DNA from: Lingula anatina | Lineage: Eukaryota; Animalia; Brachiopoda | Length of the DNA stretch: 64,000 nt | Assembly (NCBI GenBank): GCA_051362555.1 | Contig: CM120642.1 | Span: 3,968,001-4,032,000, forward strand | Direction of reading: 5' to 3' | Shown: positions 1-8,818 of the stretch, piece after piece | Position numbering within the stretch: the stretch's first letter is position 1 | Layout of the letters: the number at the start of each line of letters is the position of its first letter | Made by a program: the position numbers and the translations under genes | The notes under the pieces: model-generated | What the model saw: only the letters and a program-made list of their open reading frames with translations | Database searches by the model: none | Told to the model about the DNA's origin: nothing

Positions 1-222
1 TTTACGGGTCGCCTTGGTAATTTGATGACGTCACGGGATTGTTTATGCGTCGCTATGGCGATTTGATGACGAGTCTGGGCATGTCTCTTGACTGTTTACG
101 GGTCACCATGGTAATTTGATGACGTCAATGGATTGTTTACGCGTCGCTATGGCGATTTGATGACGTATATGGACATGTTTATTGATTGTTTATGTTTTGC
201 CGTGGTAACTTGATGACGTCAC
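1..222. repeat. Subterminal tandem array, ~2.4 copies of a 94-bp unit
   Basis: Units start at 1, 95 and 189 (TTTACGGGTC.CC.TGGTAATTTGATGACGTCA...). Each full unit has two TTTGATGACG cores, and there are several CRE-like TGACGTCA palindromes. Confidence 0.85.
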
Positions 223-229
223 TAGATTC

Positions 230-236
230 TATAAAA
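230..236 (+). promoter_or_regulatory. TATA box of first viral gene
   Basis: TATAAAA directly after the CRE-rich array and 75 bp before the ATG at 311. Confidence 0.55.
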
Positions 237-310
237 GCAGAAGAGAAAGAGCTATTTGACTATATCAGTATAAATCCTGACATAAAGTGTACGTACGTTC
301 CACCAGCATA

Positions 311-1172
311 ATGTCTCGATTCTTCAAACTCAGTGATGATATCATGGTCACTGTATGTCAGAGCAAGCAAGGGGTTGCTTTGATTGTATTCAGCGAATTG
401 AATACAATGAACAAGATTCGGCTGTTGAGAGAGGCATGGCAAGATTTCCAACAGATTGTCCCCGTTGTTCAAGCTGCTATGACAGAGGACACTGAAATAG
501 ACCAGCAGGTGGGAGAAAACCATGGCGTCCGGGTGATGTACGACATCGAGAAGGAGGAATCGCTGTTGAAGATAGTTTACCAACCAGTAAGTCAGGCTTA
601 TGCTCCAATATACGATGTAACACTTGATAAAAGCACATGGGAGGCACTGCTGACCAAAGTACCTGAAATAAACGAGGCCTTGGGCGTAATCCCTCTGACA
701 TCGACCAGTGCCGAGTCCAAAACGGGCGACGATAAAATGTTCGGGGCAGAGAACGACGTAGAGGCAGACGTAGCGTTAGTTCGTCTCATCTACGTGAAGT
801 TCATTGTGAAAGAATTACTGGCCATGCGAGGAAGGTTCTGCACTGGATGTATAGCCGATCACGGATCCCAAAAGCATCATATGGATGGATGGATGCATGG
901 CAGACTGGGCGGTTTCGGTGCACATCTACTTCACCAGGGCAAAAGCTGCTGTGAGCCACGGGGAAATACTGAAGGCCTACAAACTGGTGAAGCAAAAATT
1001 GAATCAACCAGAAAACCCGTACATCCTTTCCATCATCATGACCGCTGCGTTGCTGGAAGATTTTCGTAAAGACGTGGAAGATCCAAACCATGTGTTAGTC
1101 CCTGACACTATCCTCGCAAGACTTGCTTACGATGCGTGTGAGACTGTCTGTGTCAAACGAAACCCACAATGA
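311..1172 (+). pseudogene. Tandem PC4-like (putative ssDNA-binding) protein with CxxC-H motif, frameshifted at ~881-892
   Basis: Two PC4-like segments (...IRLLREAWQDFQQIVPVVQAAM; ...VTLDKSTWEALLTKVPEINEAL) are followed by CTGCIADHGSQKHHMDG. Removing one ATGG from ATGGATGGATGGATGC fuses ORF 287..1069 with ORF 885..1172 (MDGCMADW...). Confidence 0.6.
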
Positions 1173-1269
1173 ACACTGAACAGTAAAAGACAATTGGCAT
1201 TGTGGATGTGAATGAAAATTAAGAAATGCATTAAGACAATGTATGTAAATATGTATAACAGAAAAAGAC

Positions 1270-1392
1270 ATTTGATTGGATAAAGTAATTGTATCAAATA
1301 TAATAAGAAGAAGTTTGATTGGTTGAAATAACTGTATAAAAATATTAGAACTAGTTTGATTGGTTGAAATATTAGACACATTAACTATAAAA
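1270..1392 (+). promoter_or_regulatory. Promoter of BIR gene: three inverted CCAAT boxes plus TATA
   Basis: TTTGATTGG at ~1271, ~1314 and ~1355, the last two within a duplicated AGTTTGATTGGTTGAAATA. TATAAAA at 1386-1392; ATG at 1450. Confidence 0.55.
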
Positions 1393-1449
1393 AGAGCAAA
1401 TAAAATAATGTGATTGCAGACTTTTTTTTATATTATTTGATTATCTGGT

Positions 1450-1923
1450 ATGGATGATGGACATCTAGAATCGGATGCAGGAGTGGGGGAAAAGCTAAAT
1501 GGGCCGAGCATGCCTTATGCAAAAGAAGAAGATCGAATACTGAGCTTTCTCAATTGGCCCTGCAAATTACTGGTCAATCCAATACCCTTAGCCATTAGCG
1601 GATTTTACAGAGATCCTCGAACGCCTAAACATAACGATATGGTACATTGTTTTTATTGTAATTTAAACCTAAAGAATTGGGATCCACTGAGAGATGCGGC
1701 AGATGTCGAACACGAACGTCACTCACCTCACTGCACTATGAATACCGTCGAAAAGAGACTGAATAATCGTTTTAACGTTCCACTTACACCGCAAAAACGC
1801 CTTAAATTCGTTGATAATTTTGTCGTGGGTCATACAACCCCCGCTGTACGTACCCCGAGTACCGTGATGACACTACTCAATACCCCTTACGATGAGGTTG
1901 ATGACAACTATAAGTATCCGTAG
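1450..1923 (+). CDS. Single BIR-domain protein (IAP/survivin-like)
   Basis: EEDRILSFLNWP...LAISGFY...DMVHCFYC...KNWDP...EHERHSPHC gives the BIR consensus with all four C/C/H/C zinc ligands. No RING domain. Confidence 0.9.
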   Translation: MDDGHLESDAGVGEKLNGPSMPYAKEEDRILSFLNWPCKLLVNPIPLAISGFYRDPRTPKHNDMVHCFYCNLNLKNWDPLRDAADVEHERHSPHCTMNTVEKRLNNRFNVPLTPQKRLKFVDNFVVGHTTPAVRTPSTVMTLLNTPYDEVDDNYKYP

Positions 1924-1961
1924 GAATCGAAAAAACATTTAGTTATCGATTGAGACAAGGG

Positions 1962-3092
1962 ATGTATAAGAAAGGGTTACGCGATTCCAAAAAATTAATG
2001 AAGAAAAAGAAAGGACCTATTAAAAACAATACATATTTGCATGGATTGTATACCAATCCGTCAGATCCCGCTAGTTTTGGAGGCGTGTTAAAATTGTATA
2101 ATGCGGTTAGAAAAGACGGCAGGAAGATTAGTCGACGGGAAATAGAAGATTTCCTTGCCAGCCAAGATGTGTATACATTGCATGCGCCTGTTAGAAAACA
2201 CTTCAGTACAAATCGTGTGATGGTCAATTATATCGATGACCAGTGGCAGGGAGATTTGGCTGACGTAAGCAAATTAGCAAAATACAATAAAGGAATGAAA
2301 TACTTACTAACCGTGATTGATATATTTTCAAAATTCGCGTGGGCCGTACCCATCAAATCGAAAACGGCTGATAATGTATTAGATGCGTTTAAAAACATTG
2401 TATCCGAAGGCAGAAAACCACTAGTTCTTCAAACAGATGCAGGGACGGAATTCACAAATAGGAAATTTCAGGCGTACCTCAAGAGCCAAGGCATAGCTTT
2501 TTTCACAACAAAATCGGAAAGAAAAAGCTCTGTGGTTGAGCGTGTTATTAGAACTTTGAAGGCCCGTTTGTTCAGATATTTCACAGCAAATAGTACGTTA
2601 ACATATGTGACAGTACTGGATGAGTTATTGTCTGGATATAACCATGCAAGACACCGCAGCATAAATATGGCACCTGTTAATGTCAATCCACGAAATGCAA
2701 ATACCGTATGGGAAAATTTGTATGGGAAAGTAAAGAATGGGAAGACAAACTTTAAATTTAAAGTGGGCGACACCGTAAGATTAAGTAAAACACGCACTCC
2801 TTTTGCGAAAGGATACGAGCAGGGTTGGACACAGGAAATATTCACAATATCTGCAAAACTGAAGAGAAAGCCCCCTGTGTACAGGGTGGTGGATTACAAT
2901 GGAGAGCAAATTGAAGGTGTATTTTATGAACCAGAATTGACAAGGGTTATTAAAAAGGACGATGTGTACCGCGTAGAAAAAATTTTGAAATCTAGAGGTA
3001 AAGGTGTCTCAAGACAGCATTTTGTGAAATGGGCAGGCTACTCTAACCGTTTTAATTCATGGGTACGATCTACTGATATTAAAAAAGCATAA
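1962..3092 (+). CDS. Retroviral-like (rve) integrase with C-terminal chromodomain
   Basis: DDE motifs WQGDLAD, LQTDAGTEF and VERVIRTLK; FKVGDTVR..K..FAKGY...WT.EIF; chromodomain YRVEKILKSR...FVKWAGYSNRFNSWV. First ATG at 1962. Confidence 0.95.
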   Translation: MYKKGLRDSKKLMKKKKGPIKNNTYLHGLYTNPSDPASFGGVLKLYNAVRKDGRKISRREIEDFLASQDVYTLHAPVRKHFSTNRVMVNYIDDQWQGDLADVSKLAKYNKGMKYLLTVIDIFSKFAWAVPIKSKTADNVLDAFKNIVSEGRKPLVLQTDAGTEFTNRKFQAYLKSQGIAFFTTKSERKSSVVERVIRTLKARLFRYFTANSTLTYVTVLDELLSGYNHARHRSINMAPVNVNPRNANTVWENLYGKVKNGKTNFKFKVGDTVRLSKTRTPFAKGYEQGWTQEIFTISAKLKRKPPVYRVVDYNGEQIEGVFYEPELTRVIKKDDVYRVEKILKSRGKGVSRQHFVKWAGYSNRFNSWVRSTDIKKA

Positions 3093-3130
3093 AAGCAAAC
3101 TGTAAACAGTTGTGCATATCATTTGAAACC

Positions 3131-3862
3131 ATGGCGTCGTCTTTTCATGTTATCTTACCATCCAACAGCAGCTTCAAGTATTTCCCCAACAATAGACCCG
3201 AGTCTTTTCAAACAAAATTGTCGTCGTCGTTAAATCTAGAAGGTGATTATGAAGTAGCATTGATCGAACTGCAGTACCCATATTCGTGGAATAACGTACA
3301 GGATAGTTCACTCGGTTATTACGACGGTCTAAAATCGAACACAATGAGAATTTCTGCAGGATACTATCCGACAATTAATGATCTAATAACAGAAATTCAC
3401 AACCAGCTGACAGTTATCGGGAAAACAAACATCACTTTAGGCTATAACATTATCAGCAGACGAGTGACAGTTCACTTGAAATCTGGAGCATATATTGATG
3501 TTGCGGGAGACATGGCGAAATTGCTTGGATTTAATTCTAACACTAGACTTAATTCAGATACGATAGCTCCCTTTCCTCCTAATATGACACTAGGGTTCAA
3601 TTCTCTTTACGTGTATACAGATGTTATTCAAAATCAGATGGTTGGTGACGCTTCCGCAAATTTACTGAGGATCGTCAATATTAATGGGGACTACGGACAG
3701 ATAGTCACAAAAACATTTGACAATCCCATATACGTCCCTCTGAATTGTCGTCAAATCGATACAATTCGAATAGATATAAGTCGTGACACGGGTGAGTTAG
3801 TACAGTTTGATAGTGGGAAAGCGATAGCAACACTTCATTTTCGCAGAAAGAATTTATTATAA
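3131..3862 (+). CDS. Minor capsid (penton) protein
   Basis: N-terminal FHVILPSNSS..YFPNN...F.TKL and C-terminal SLYVYTDVI....VGD....LLRIV...F..P.YVPL...LHFRR are typical of Polinton pentons. Lies upstream of the major capsid gene. Confidence 0.88.
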   Translation: MASSFHVILPSNSSFKYFPNNRPESFQTKLSSSLNLEGDYEVALIELQYPYSWNNVQDSSLGYYDGLKSNTMRISAGYYPTINDLITEIHNQLTVIGKTNITLGYNIISRRVTVHLKSGAYIDVAGDMAKLLGFNSNTRLNSDTIAPFPPNMTLGFNSLYVYTDVIQNQMVGDASANLLRIVNINGDYGQIVTKTFDNPIYVPLNCRQIDTIRIDISRDTGELVQFDSGKAIATLHFRRKNLL

Positions 3863-3864
3863 CA

Positions 3865-4227
3865 ATGGACCCTGTGTATGAAGCGCTTGTGAAAAGATAC
3901 GAGGCGCAGACAGGTGGGGGTTCGATAAGTAAATACCGAGGAGCTCGATTACAGAGAGGGGGACGATTGGTGCAACCTCGACACGCAGAAGTACTGCATG
4001 TAAATAGACTAACAAAGTCGAAGCACACTGAGCACCCCCCTTCAAAAACAAAAGCTAAAAAGCGACCTGCCTCGAAACCAGAATTGTATGTTAATGGTGA
4101 CGTCATAAGAAAAACGTTAAACTCCATGACTATAAAAAGGCACAACACTCCGAAAGTAGCCAGAAGTACAAATATTAAGAAGACAAAGCGGACACATTCG
4201 TACAAGGCACGAGATACAAATTTTTAG
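3865..4227 (+). CDS. Basic virion core protein with adenain-type cleavage sites
   Basis: Lys/Arg-rich 120 aa with YEAQTGGG and RLQRGG motifs, between the penton and major capsid genes. Confidence 0.7.
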   Translation: MDPVYEALVKRYEAQTGGGSISKYRGARLQRGGRLVQPRHAEVLHVNRLTKSKHTEHPPSKTKAKKRPASKPELYVNGDVIRKTLNSMTIKRHNTPKVARSTNIKKTKRTHSYKARDTNF

Positions 4228-4229
4228 AC

Positions 4230-5552
4230 ATGATTGACCCCGCGAACGACACAATCGTAAAATCGGAGCTTGATTTATTTAGCAATGCCCGTCAACATTT
4301 TCAAACGGAAATTTTGTCTAGTAATATGGAGGAGATACGCCCTGTCTCCTCTTTATCAGACGTGAGCCCTGTGATAGAATTTGTCATTAAAGGCACTCCC
4401 GACGAATACATCGATACAACAAAAATAAATTTATATGTGGAGGGTAAAATCGTCAAGGCTGATGGATCCGACCTCGATCCAGGGCAAGACACGGCAGTCG
4501 TGAACAATACGCTTCACTCCTTATTTGCAGCAGTGGACGTGGAGCTGAATGATCATTTGATAACCCTAGGTCAAAACACGTATGCCTATCGCGCGTACCT
4601 GGAAAATTTATTGTATCGTGGGAAAAATGCTAAAGAAACGTGGATGACAAGTGAAATGTGGTATAGGGACACTTTTGGTCAGATGGACGATACGGATATT
4701 GACGGAGACCCTGGAAATGAGGGATTACAAGCACGCAGTTCCTGGTTCCAGAGAAGTAGAACGGTGGAGATGTACGGGGCGTTAAAAATCGATTTGGCAA
4801 ACCAAGATAAACTACTTTTGAACAACGTTGACGTACGAATTAAACTGAGAAGAACATCCCATGCATTTTGTTTGATGTCCGATACGGCGACAAAAGACGA
4901 AAAATTTCTGATAAAAAATATATCTCTTTTTGTAAGGAGGGTCAAAGTTTCTGACCGTCTGAAACTGGCTCACGAAAACATACTAGCGAAACATTTAGCT
5001 TGTTATCCTATGACTAGAAGGGAAGTGAAGGTTATCAACCTACCCAACGGAGTTAGAAATGTAAACCTGGATAACGTTTACATAGGCACCATGCCTAAAC
5101 GAATCATTATCGCAATGGTTGATGATGATGCATTTTCCGGAAATTTTGAAAAGAATCCGTTTAATTTTAAACATAATTTCTTAAGGCAGCTGCGATTACT
5201 GGTGGCGGGGGAACAAATACCATTTAAACCTTACAATTTAGATTTTACTGTTAACGGAGGGTTAAATTATATAAGAGCGTACTACGACCTTTTGTCGGCA
5301 GTCGGCGCTGTAAATTCGGAGCAAGATAACGACATTGACAGAGCTGAGTATCTTAACGGTTTTATGCTGTTTGGTTTCGACTTGACCTCCGACGAGAATT
5401 TCGACAATTATGTATCACCAACAAAGCAGGGTTCGTTAAACATTTTACTCGAGTTTGGACAAGCTGTAGACAACAGCGTGTTGATTGTAATGGCCGAATT
5501 CGATTCCGTTATAAAAATTGATCAACGTCGCAGCGTATACGTGGAATATTGA
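4230..5552 (+). CDS. Major capsid protein (double jelly-roll, PY/hexon-like)
   Basis: 440 aa with KSELDLF, IEFVI.G, NNTLHSLF..VDV.LN, YAYRAYLENLL, PKRIIIAMVD..AFSG...KNPFNFKH and GFMLFGFDLT motifs. Confidence 0.93.
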   Translation: MIDPANDTIVKSELDLFSNARQHFQTEILSSNMEEIRPVSSLSDVSPVIEFVIKGTPDEYIDTTKINLYVEGKIVKADGSDLDPGQDTAVVNNTLHSLFAAVDVELNDHLITLGQNTYAYRAYLENLLYRGKNAKETWMTSEMWYRDTFGQMDDTDIDGDPGNEGLQARSSWFQRSRTVEMYGALKIDLANQDKLLLNNVDVRIKLRRTSHAFCLMSDTATKDEKFLIKNISLFVRRVKVSDRLKLAHENILAKHLACYPMTRREVKVINLPNGVRNVNLDNVYIGTMPKRIIIAMVDDDAFSGNFEKNPFNFKHNFLRQLRLLVAGEQIPFKPYNLDFTVNGGLNYIRAYYDLLSAVGAVNSEQDNDIDRAEYLNGFMLFGFDLTSDENFDNYVSPTKQGSLNILLEFGQAVDNSVLIVMAEFDSVIKIDQRRSVYVEY

Positions 5553-5554
5553 AG

Positions 5555-6082
5555 ATGAACACGAAGCAAATTGAGTGCATTCTTAAGGGTGATCCTATTA
5601 CAAGCGCTTTTTTTAAAGGGGTGTTTGCGTCAGACATGTTACCCGTCAAGATATGGACGTATCCTGCATGCATCGTAGCTAATACGGATCCACACGACAA
5701 ACCCGGATCGCACTGGGTCGCTTTTTACTTTGACCAATATGGAGCGGGAGAATTTTTCGACTCCTATGCTAAGACACCGTATCATTATAACGACAAATTC
5801 AAACGTTTTTTGGACGATAACTCCACCTCTGCGTGGACCTGTAATAACAGAGCATTACAGAGCTTATATACCAAAGTGTGTGGGCAGTATTGTATATATT
5901 ACTTGTCAAACCGATCTCGAGGGCAGAAGCTAGACCAAATTCTTAGCATATTTACGAACGATAAACAGTTTAACGATATATTAGTGTATGATTACGTTCA
6001 CGCACATTTCATCATATCCGATCTTGTAAATACGAATTTTCAGGTGTGTAGATCAAGGAAAACACTAGGATTGTTGTATTAA
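5555..6082 (+). CDS. Adenain-like cysteine maturation protease
   Basis: NTDPHDKPGSHWVAF (His), EFFDSY (Asp), LQSLYTKVCGQYC (Gln/Cys): catalytic residues intact. Confidence 0.94.
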   Translation: MNTKQIECILKGDPITSAFFKGVFASDMLPVKIWTYPACIVANTDPHDKPGSHWVAFYFDQYGAGEFFDSYAKTPYHYNDKFKRFLDDNSTSAWTCNNRALQSLYTKVCGQYCIYYLSNRSRGQKLDQILSIFTNDKQFNDILVYDYVHAHFIISDLVNTNFQVCRSRKTLGLLY

Positions 6083-6087
6083 ACACA

Positions 6088-6112
6088 TTTATTCGACTGA
6101 AATGAAAATAAA
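6088..6112. terminator. Bidirectional polyadenylation signals between convergent viral gene blocks
   Basis: TTTATT at 6088-6093 (AATAAA on minus) and AATAAA at 6107-6112 lie in the 64-bp gap between convergent stop codons. Confidence 0.65.
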
Positions 6113-6146
6113 GCTTTGTGACAATATATTTTGCGTTCTAAACTTT

Positions 6147-6860
6147 TTAATAGATGTTAAATAAAGACAATTTGGACTTGACCGCATGTCCCGTGCCTCG
6201 CTGGGTAGGGCTTGAAGAAGTCTCCCCCGCCATCATTTGTTTGCGTCTCGTTACATTTGAGATGTTACTCAGCGGTATATTTAGACTTTTTAAACCCTGT
6301 AAAAAGGTGTTTAGTCCTTGAGGTTTGTATTTCTTGCGCGGTACATAAAGATCGTGGAATAAATCTATTATATTTGTTCCTCGAATGACATTTCCTTCGA
6401 ATTTTATTTCACCCTGATCATTATATGACAACACATTAGGACGATTGGACATGTATCTCAAAATAACACTAGCCTTCCGTCGCATACGCTGTGGAATTGA
6501 ATCCAAAATCTCGTCATGAAGATGCGATGTTACAGAAGCAGGCTCTGACTTGACGTCAGGTGTAACGGTTGCGACAGTGGTGTCAGCTCCAAGATGTGCT
6601 TCCGAGGGTTGTGACGTATTTTGCACAACAACTGCAACCGGCTCTTTCTTTCGTGCGACTTTCAAGTACTGGACTTGTAATTCGTTGTACCGCTTCATTT
6701 TTTCATCAAAAGGTATATCAGTCCTTTGCATAGTCTTTGTCATTTCATTTTCTAGGCGTACAGTTTCTTCCAATAGGGGAGAATAATTATTACTAACTCT
6801 CTGTTTTAATGCATTTAGTTCGCCCTCGTTAATTAATACCATTTTCTTAAAGACCGACAT
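6147..6860 (-). CDS. Conserved Maverick protein (PZ-like)
   Basis: KKMVLI N-terminus, coiled region, and IP...RRKA..IL..M......YNDQGEI...G..I.GTNIIDL..DL...P.G...FL.GL..LNIP..I.N core. C-terminal QRGTG is a possible protease site. Confidence 0.75.
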   Translation of the reverse strand: MSVFKKMVLINEGELNALKQRVSNNYSPLLEETVRLENEMTKTMQRTDIPFDEKMKRYNELQVQYLKVARKKEPVAVVVQNTSQPSEAHLGADTTVATVTPDVKSEPASVTSHLHDEILDSIPQRMRRKASVILRYMSNRPNVLSYNDQGEIKFEGNVIRGTNIIDLFHDLYVPRKKYKPQGLNTFLQGLKSLNIPLSNISNVTRRKQMMAGETSSSPTQRGTGHAVKSKLSLFNIY

Positions 6861-7167
6861 TTCGCGTTATAGATGTGACAATAGCCTTCACCGCAGGAAT
6901 GTTTTGTAACAATAATGTTTTCTTATGATGTACGGAAACTCCTTTAGAAGCCAATTGTTTGATGACGCGTTTAACTCTGCGCAATGACAATTTTTCTTTC
7001 GAAGTCAGGTTAATATCCGTATTATACAGTAGATTCGATGCGTAATTAGACAATATGCGAACAAGGTCGTAGTGAGAATTCTGTATTATAGCTTTTATAA
7101 GTTTCTTGTCGGCAATTAAAAGCAATTTTACGTGAGCGTTATACAATTTCTCAGACCCGGCTTTCAT
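6847..7167 (-). CDS. Small basic conserved Maverick protein (PW-like)
   Basis: 106 aa, basic, with pattern A.NLL....I.L...EK..L.R.K..IK.LA.K.VS...KK. Overlaps both the ATPase and PZ-like genes. Confidence 0.65.
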   Translation of the reverse strand: MKAGSEKLYNAHVKLLLIADKKLIKAIIQNSHYDLVRILSNYASNLLYNTDINLTSKEKLSLRRVKRVIKQLASKGVSVHHKKTLLLQNIPAVKAIVTSITRNVGL

Positions 7168-7826
7168 GGTACATCAGAGCTGCGAGTGTATGCGTAATGC
7201 GTTTCTCCTGGAAAGATATTTGTTCGCAGACGAATGTTGTCCGAACTGCTCTGACGAAGGTCTATCAGTAAGTAACCATGTGCATTGACTGTGGCGTCTT
7301 TATAAACATCTATAAAAGGCTTAAGGTCATTGGGGTACATTTGCATTCCTAGCGTTTTGACTTGCAGCAAATCTCGAGGATTTTTAAAAAGGATCAAATA
7401 ATGACAGTTCAGCGATATAGTTCGAGCATGTTTTTCCTTGGGAAATAAATTTTGCACAATCAGCACTACACTTATGTTACGATGATGAGACCCCTTTGTG
7501 AAAAGGTCACGTATCAGGGGATCGTCCCCGCATTCAGCAAAGAGATCATCGAGAATTATCAGATTATTCAACTGAGAATCAAAAAAGGCTTCGTCACTAA
7601 GGTCTGTCGGAATACCTTTAAAAAAAGTTATTGCGTCAGGGTGTTCACTCTGAATGTCGTCGTAGATCGGCTGCCAAATTGCATAACAGTACATTATCTT
7701 TTGTGGCGGGGGAAATATCAACGTGTCAGTATTTGCTAACAATCGTTTAACCCACATCGTCTTTCCGGAGCCAGTTGGGCCGGCTATAAGAGCTGTAAAA
7801 GGATGTTTTAGGTGTATCTCGTACAT
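7164..7826 (-). CDS. A32/FtsK-HerA-like DNA packaging ATPase
   Basis: Walker A GPTGSGKT, Walker B LIILDDL, FTKGSHHRNISVVLIVQNLF, RTISLN..Y..LFKNPRD and GYLLIDL. Confidence 0.95.
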   Translation of the reverse strand: MYEIHLKHPFTALIAGPTGSGKTMWVKRLLANTDTLIFPPPQKIMYCYAIWQPIYDDIQSEHPDAITFFKGIPTDLSDEAFFDSQLNNLIILDDLFAECGDDPLIRDLFTKGSHHRNISVVLIVQNLFPKEKHARTISLNCHYLILFKNPRDLLQVKTLGMQMYPNDLKPFIDVYKDATVNAHGYLLIDLRQSSSDNIRLRTNIFPGETHYAYTRSSDVP

Positions 7827-8146
7827 TGCCAATTGTTAAATTGACCTGTACTTACTTGAAGGGTTTATTTTATAACTTAATGCATGATGATATTCATCGA
7901 CACCTATGTACACTTTCTTAAATATATAACCCTTAATTGCACATGATGGACCCAGCAAACAGTGCAGTGTTTTGACTGTAACGCTATGGCTGCCAACGTG
8001 TGCATTAAAACCTATAGAGTTGTGTAATAAGCTTTACCACAGAGCACGTTAAGTGTTAGTTTTCCGTCGGGTCCCCACCGCTATTAACAACGTACACAGT
8101 GATTTCTGACAAACATCGATTGGCACTTGTTGAGGCAGTCACGGCT

Positions 8147-8665
8147 ATGGATACCTACGTTGTGGGCGATTCCTCATTACGAGAGGTAATCAAAGCCAAC
8201 GAGGAAGGCCGAGTGCCAGAACTCGAAGGGACTGCCGATATTAGATACTTGGCAGCGCCTCGAGATTTAACTAATGAGGCGCTGAAGGACATGATGCCTG
8301 ATGTATTGGTGGGATTTCCCCATCTTATAATTTTAATGGGGTGGTGTCCTACACAGGGCAACCTCAATTCGGTGGGAGAGCTCGTTGCTCTCCTATTTAC
8401 CATAATCAAAACTATGGCTCCGCCAAATCAATTTCAGCACGCGAGGATAGTTGTTATCCCGTCCGCTGACTGTAATTTAGATGATTTAGAAGATCTAATG
8501 CGGGCCGAGTTTTGGTTAAGAGGTCTGAGGACGACACCGGTATGGCGCCCTGGGAGTCCTGCTGCTGCGATGGGCGCCATACAAGCTGCCCTGGACAACG
8601 TGAGGAGACGAGTCCCTCACCCCAAACCTAGGGCAGTAGTGCCTCCCACCCCCCGAGACGTTTAA
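8147..8665 (+). CDS. Hypothetical protein, possible degenerate SGNH/GDSL hydrolase fold
   Basis: Long GC-richer ORF (track 8099..8665, first ATG 8147) starting MDTYVVGDSSLR, like GDSL block I. Alternating beta/alpha pattern, but no clear C-terminal DxxH. Confidence 0.45.
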   Translation: MDTYVVGDSSLREVIKANEEGRVPELEGTADIRYLAAPRDLTNEALKDMMPDVLVGFPHLIILMGWCPTQGNLNSVGELVALLFTIIKTMAPPNQFQHARIVVIPSADCNLDDLEDLMRAEFWLRGLRTTPVWRPGSPAAAMGAIQAALDNVRRRVPHPKPRAVVPPTPRDV

Positions 8666-8818
8666 GAAATATCAAGAATAACAGGTAAGACAAATGATTG
8701 CTGATACAAATGTTTTATTTACAGAAGAGGATTTATATATTAAGTATGTACATACTAAAACTATGAAATACAAAACTAAAAGACTACGTAGGCTATTTAA
8801 TATGAAATCGTAAACATA

